Assembly (NCBI GenBank): GCA_963790475.1
Contig: CAWBOS010000010.1
Coordinates: 1,632,001 to 1,696,000 of the forward strand
Reading direction: 5' to 3'
DNA length: 64,000 bases
Source of the DNA: an uncultured delta proteobacterium
Lineage (GTDB): Bacteria; Desulfobacterota; RBG-13-43-22
Below, in pieces: positions 59,811-64,000 of this stretch. Within the stretch, counting starts at the first letter, position 1; every line of letters starts with the position of its first letter. Under the pieces are notes generated by a model. The model was not told the DNA's origin. It saw only the letters and a list, made by a program, of their open reading frames with translations, and searched no databases. The translations under genes were made by a program, and so were the position numbers.

Positions 59811-61529
59811 TCAGAAGCTAAAAGTACTGTCCATCTCCTCATCGCTGATCATAACCACGGTATTGTGCGGCGGAAGGGGTTCCTTATAAAAATATTCTGG
59901 CAGCCGATCATCCCGGTTGGTGAACCCTGCTCGGCGATTAAAATCCAGTTCGGCCTTTAAAACGCGTATCCCCATTTCGGTTATGGCCTCCGGACCAAGC
60001 TGGGTGCCGAGTTTGGCATTCAACACCTTAAGAAAGGCCGCGCCCCCTTCCGGTGTGGACATGGCCCCCAGGGTAAAGACGCAAAGACCGGTGCAATCCA
60101 GTGCGGCCACGGCAATCTGGGCGTTTCGCGAGGCCTGGACCTGGCCGTCAGGTTTCAAAGGATTGAGACGTCCGGCCAGGGAAGGGCCGACCAGATTTCC
60201 GGCCGTATGATCGGCACCCATGGGAGAGGTGGAATAAGTAACGGCATTGCCTTGCAAGCCCCGGGGGTCATAGGCGGAAATACTCTGTCCTTTAACCACC
60301 GGGACCCGGCGGTGGTTGAAATGTTGCCCCACGGCCACTGGGCCGTTGCCCAGGATTCGACCCATCTCTGTCCCCTTGACGGTTTCTTCCACCATCTCCA
60401 CGGCGGCCTGGAAATCTCCGAATTTTTTATACCCGGCATCCATGGCCACGGCGATAGCCACACCGGTACTGATGGTATCCAGTCCGATGTCGTCACAGAG
60501 GAAATCCAGTCGGGCTATGGTATCCAGGTCACCGATCCCGATCATCCCCCCCATAGACCAGATAGTCTCGTATTCCAGGGAAGAGGTTATATATTCACCT
60601 TGTTTATCAACGTATACATTGGAACAGTGAATAATGCATTGGCTGCAACCCATATGGCTGGGATTCCCGCCCCTTTCCTTGATGACTTGGGCCAGTTTCT
60701 CTCCGCTGATCTTTTCCCAATCTTCAAACACCCCCTTGCGGGCATTGTAACTGGGAAAGGCGCCCATGGCATTCACCGGGGCCACCAAACCGGCCGTCCC
60801 CAATTTCGGGAGGACCTGTCCGGAATGGGGAAAGGCCCGGATCGCCTTAGCGAAGGTCCTGGCCGCTTCCCGAAAGGCCTCCGGATCGACGATGGCATCA
60901 GGACTGTTTCCCCCCTGATCCACCACCAGGGCCTTCAAACCCTTGGACCCCATTACCGCCCCCAAGCCTCCCCGTCCCGCTGCCCGACAGGGACGGCCAT
61001 CGATATCCGATCCCTGGATGGAGGCGACTTTCAGACCAAGTTCTCCGGCCGGGCCAATGCCGATCACCGAATTCTTTTCCCCATAGGACTCCAGAAGTCT
61101 CACCACCAGTTTATAGGTCCGCATTCCTTTGAATTCATTGGCCGGTAAAAGAAAAGCCTCCCCTTTTCCATCGATCCGCAAAAGATGGAGTTCCCCATCC
61201 GCGGCCTGCCCTTCCACAATAACGGCCCCAATCCCCAAACGTCCCAGGGCGGCGGCAATCGTGCCTCCACAATTGCTTTCCTTGATGGTCCCGGTCAAAG
61301 GGCTTTTGGCGCCGACTGAAATCCGGCTGGTGTTGACCAGACTCGTTCCACTTAAGAGTCCCGGTGCAAAAATGAGCTTATTTCCCGGACCCAAGGGGTC
61401 GCATTTCGGGGGGACTTCGGCATTGATCATCACCGAAGTCAGACCACGTCCTCCCAGACCGAGATAACCTTCGGGTAATTTCTCAACCCGGATGGTTTTT
61501 TTGGACATATCCACTCTAATAATTTTCAC
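59811..61529 (-). CDS. Aldehyde:ferredoxin oxidoreductase family
   Basis: AKSPLTG.IKESN, GRGGLGAVMGSK, EYET, CDD.GLDTI, MGADH. Confidence 0.93.
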   Translation of the reverse strand: MKIIRVDMSKKTIRVEKLPEGYLGLGGRGLTSVMINAEVPPKCDPLGPGNKLIFAPGLLSGTSLVNTSRISVGAKSPLTGTIKESNCGGTIAAALGRLGIGAVIVEGQAADGELHLLRIDGKGEAFLLPANEFKGMRTYKLVVRLLESYGEKNSVIGIGPAGELGLKVASIQGSDIDGRPCRAAGRGGLGAVMGSKGLKALVVDQGGNSPDAIVDPEAFREAARTFAKAIRAFPHSGQVLPKLGTAGLVAPVNAMGAFPSYNARKGVFEDWEKISGEKLAQVIKERGGNPSHMGCSQCIIHCSNVYVDKQGEYITSSLEYETIWSMGGMIGIGDLDTIARLDFLCDDIGLDTISTGVAIAVAMDAGYKKFGDFQAAVEMVEETVKGTEMGRILGNGPVAVGQHFNHRRVPVVKGQSISAYDPRGLQGNAVTYSTSPMGADHTAGNLVGPSLAGRLNPLKPDGQVQASRNAQIAVAALDCTGLCVFTLGAMSTPEGGAAFLKVLNAKLGTQLGPEAITEMGIRVLKAELDFNRRAGFTNRDDRLPEYFYKEPLPPHNTVVMISDEEMDSTFSF

Positions 61530-61716
61530 AATACCGCTCCTAATTAATACAGGCGTATTAATTTCTTGAAATAATTCTATTTCTATCTATGATGATGTTA
61601 AAAAGAATTCCGCCGAGAAAGGAAAAGAGCTGATAACAAGATAAACTTACCATAATCTCCAACCCATGTCATCCCGGATTTCAGGGAGGTCATGGCCTTT
61701 AATGAAGGGGAAAACC

Positions 61717-62544
61717 ATGGACAATAGATCGGAAGAAAGGTTGCTAACAGCTCAAGACGGGATAAATATTTTAATGACCCGAAATTTCAAAGACCGTCCC
61801 AGGGCGGTGGTGGTAATCGTTCATGGAATATGTGAACATTCAGGGCGCTATGACCACACCGCCTCCCGGTTCAATGAATGGGACTATTCGGTTTATCGAT
61901 TTGACCTCCGGGGTCATGGACGTTCCGGAGGCCAGCGGGGATTTGTAGAAAACTATGAACGTTTTATTGACGATACCGACCTGGTCCTTAATGTCGCCCG
62001 GCAGGAAAATCTCGGACTTCCGATCTTTCTTTTGGGCCACAGTATGGGAGGATTTATATCCGTAGCCTATGGGGTTAAGCACCCGGACCGTCTTTCCGGG
62101 CTTATTCATTCCGGGGCGGCGGTCATGGTCCTCCCGGCGGTGAAAGATCTGGGAGAGAACTTCGATTACAACGCAATGGCTTTATCCCCTGTTCCTAATT
62201 CCCTGTCCAACCTGATCAGCCGGGACCCGAAGGTCGTCAAGGCTTATGACGACGATCCTCTGGTGCTCAAAGAGTTTACCATGAAGCTTATGGGAGAAAT
62301 TTTTATCACCGGAGTGAATTGGTTGTTGGAGAATATGAGTAGCTACCGTTCTCCCTGCTTAATCCTTCACGGCGGGGATGACCAGATCGTCCCCGCCGAG
62401 TCCTCACGAAATCTGTATAATCGAATCGCCTCAACGGACAAGCAGATCAAGATCTACGAAGGTCTCTATCACGAAATCCTGAACGAACCGGAAAAGGAAA
62501 CCGTGCTCACTGATATCCATCAATGGATCGAAGACCGGATTTGA
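61717..62544 (+). CDS. Lysophospholipase / alpha-beta hydrolase
   Basis: HG..EH.GRY, GHSMGG, D, HEILNEPE. Confidence 0.9.
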   Translation: MDNRSEERLLTAQDGINILMTRNFKDRPRAVVVIVHGICEHSGRYDHTASRFNEWDYSVYRFDLRGHGRSGGQRGFVENYERFIDDTDLVLNVARQENLGLPIFLLGHSMGGFISVAYGVKHPDRLSGLIHSGAAVMVLPAVKDLGENFDYNAMALSPVPNSLSNLISRDPKVVKAYDDDPLVLKEFTMKLMGEIFITGVNWLLENMSSYRSPCLILHGGDDQIVPAESSRNLYNRIASTDKQIKIYEGLYHEILNEPEKETVLTDIHQWIEDRI

Positions 62545-62644
62545 AATATTGAAAGATGCACAGAATTTATTCACCCCAGTAAGAGCTTTAGCCTGCGCTC
62601 CTCTCCTAATCAATACATAAACCACAAATTTCTCTTACGAAGTC

Positions 62645-62722
62645 GTCACCCCGGAGAAAGCCGGGGGTCCAGGAGAGTAAGCACGGTTAGAAACACTGGA
62701 TTCCGGCTTTCGCCGGAATGAC
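62645..62722. repeat. REP-like palindromic repeat
   Basis: GTCACCCCGG...GTCCAG...CTGGATTCCGGCTTTCGCCGGAATGAC. Confidence 0.85.
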
Positions 62723-62876
62723 GAACGCGGGCCTTTGATGTTTTTTTAGGATCTAATCAATAGTTGAGAAAAGTATCACATCTTTTAGTCTAAGAGTTTT
62801 CCTTCTACATTATCATGCTTGATGTTGCCCTCAAGGATATGAGCCTTTCATTGGTAATCTTGAACCCTGTTTTTAA

Positions 62877-64000
62877 TTACTTCCTCTCAATAATCATACA
62901 GATCCCCTGACCGCCGCCCCCGCAGATGGTTTCCAGTCCGTACCGGCAATCCCGGCGGGTCATTTCGTTGACCAGGGTGGTCAAACGCATGGTCCCGGTG
63001 GCCCCGATGGGATGACCCAGAGAAATACCTGAACCGTTTACATTGACTTTGGCCTCCATGGCCTGGTCATCAAGACCCGAAAGGCGGCCGTCGGCCAGGG
63101 CTTGAACGGCAAAGGCCTCTTGAACCTCGATCAAATCGATCTGGTCAATGGTCAGGCCGACCTTTTGCAAAGCTTTGTTGACTGAGGCCGGAACCGCCGG
63201 ATAGGTCAGAGTCGGATCCGTAGCGGCCACTGCGCAGGAACGATAATAGGCCAGGGGTTTTGCACCCAGGGCCTTGGCCTTTTTTTCCGAGGCCAGGACC
63301 ATCACGGACGCACCGTCATTCTCAGAGGAGGAGTTCCCCGCCGTACACACACCGTCCTGGTAAACCGGACGTAGTTTGGCCAGCCTCTCCAGCGTGGTAT
63401 CCCTTCTCGGCCCTTCATCCGTATTGAAAAAGAGGGGCTGGCCGTCTTTCCCTTTGCCGAGGGGAATGGACACGATTTCCTGAGCGAATTTGCCGGCATC
63501 CTGAGCGGCAATAGCCCGTTGATGGCTCCGGAAGGCCCAGCGATCGGCCTCTTCCCTGGAAATATTTTCTTTCTTTGCCGCCGCCTCGGCCCAGGTCATC
63601 ATGGAACTCAATTCACCGTAGCGGGCAACGGGCTGAGACATGACCCTGGCCCTCTGAATACGGTCATAAAAAGGGAGGCCCCACATGGCCAGGGCCCCAT
63701 GCCCCCGGGGCATGAAACCATACTTTTCGTGGTTTTTACCACCGAGTCCCCATCTGATATCTCCGGGGATGTAAAGTTCGGCCTGACTCATACTGTCCAT
63801 CCCGCCGGCAATGACGATGTCCGCATCACCGGTCTGGATTTTCAAGGCCCCATAGTAGATGGCTTCCAATCCGGAGCAGCAACGCCGGTCCAGGACCACC
63901 CCCGGAACCGTATCCGGCCAATCGGCCTCCAGAACAGCCATGCGCGCTCCATTGGCACATTCCCCGTTCTGATAAGCGGTCCCCATGATCACATCTTCGA
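62877..64000 (-). CDS. Thiolase (acetyl-CoA C-acyltransferase), 5'-partial
   Basis: R.C.SG, EAFA, GHPIGATG, CGGGGQG. Confidence 0.93.
   Translation of the reverse strand, partial: EDVIMGTAYQNGECANGARMAVLEADWPDTVPGVVLDRRCCSGLEAIYYGALKIQTGDADIVIAGGMDSMSQAELYIPGDIRWGLGGKNHEKYGFMPRGHGALAMWGLPFYDRIQRARVMSQPVARYGELSSMMTWAEAAAKKENISREEADRWAFRSHQRAIAAQDAGKFAQEIVSIPLGKGKDGQPLFFNTDEGPRRDTTLERLAKLRPVYQDGVCTAGNSSSENDGASVMVLASEKKAKALGAKPLAYYRSCAVAATDPTLTYPAVPASVNKALQKVGLTIDQIDLIEVQEAFAVQALADGRLSGLDDQAMEAKVNVNGSGISLGHPIGATGTMRLTTLVNEMTRRDCRYGLETICGGGGQGICMIIERK

Overview
The window looks like chromosomal DNA of an anaerobic Desulfobacterota/Deltaproteobacteria-like organism, judged from gene content and repeat families. 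Core-type genes include two tungsten-type aldehyde:ferredoxin oxidoreductases, Fe-S proteins, metK-ahcY, an EmrAB pump and fatty-acyl/CoA catabolism. These are interleaved with many mobile elements. (1) An apparently unclassified insertion element (2294-4037) encodes only two DUF1670 proteins. It has 26-bp imperfect terminal inverted repeats, no target duplication and an A_AAA_AAG slippery site linking the ORFs, and it sits between the two arms of a REP-like palindrome. (2) An integrase-less integron cassette array (17482-22793) holds three cassettes, two encoding HEPN-type proteins. A tyrosine-recombinase + IS91-like element has inserted in reverse orientation exactly at the AAC/GTT core of one attC and carries its own attC-like hairpin end. 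(3) An IS4 element carries a passenger HTH gene. (4) A group II intron is present; it and the IS4 both sit in copies of a recurrent GGGG(A/T)C-type motif. (5) A HesB/IscA-like selenoprotein was missed by the ORF track. (6) A promoter-driven ~185-nt structured RNA candidate lies upstream of moaD. (7) A decayed restriction-modification island holds intact toxin-antitoxin pairs. All family names come from motif recognition, not database searches.
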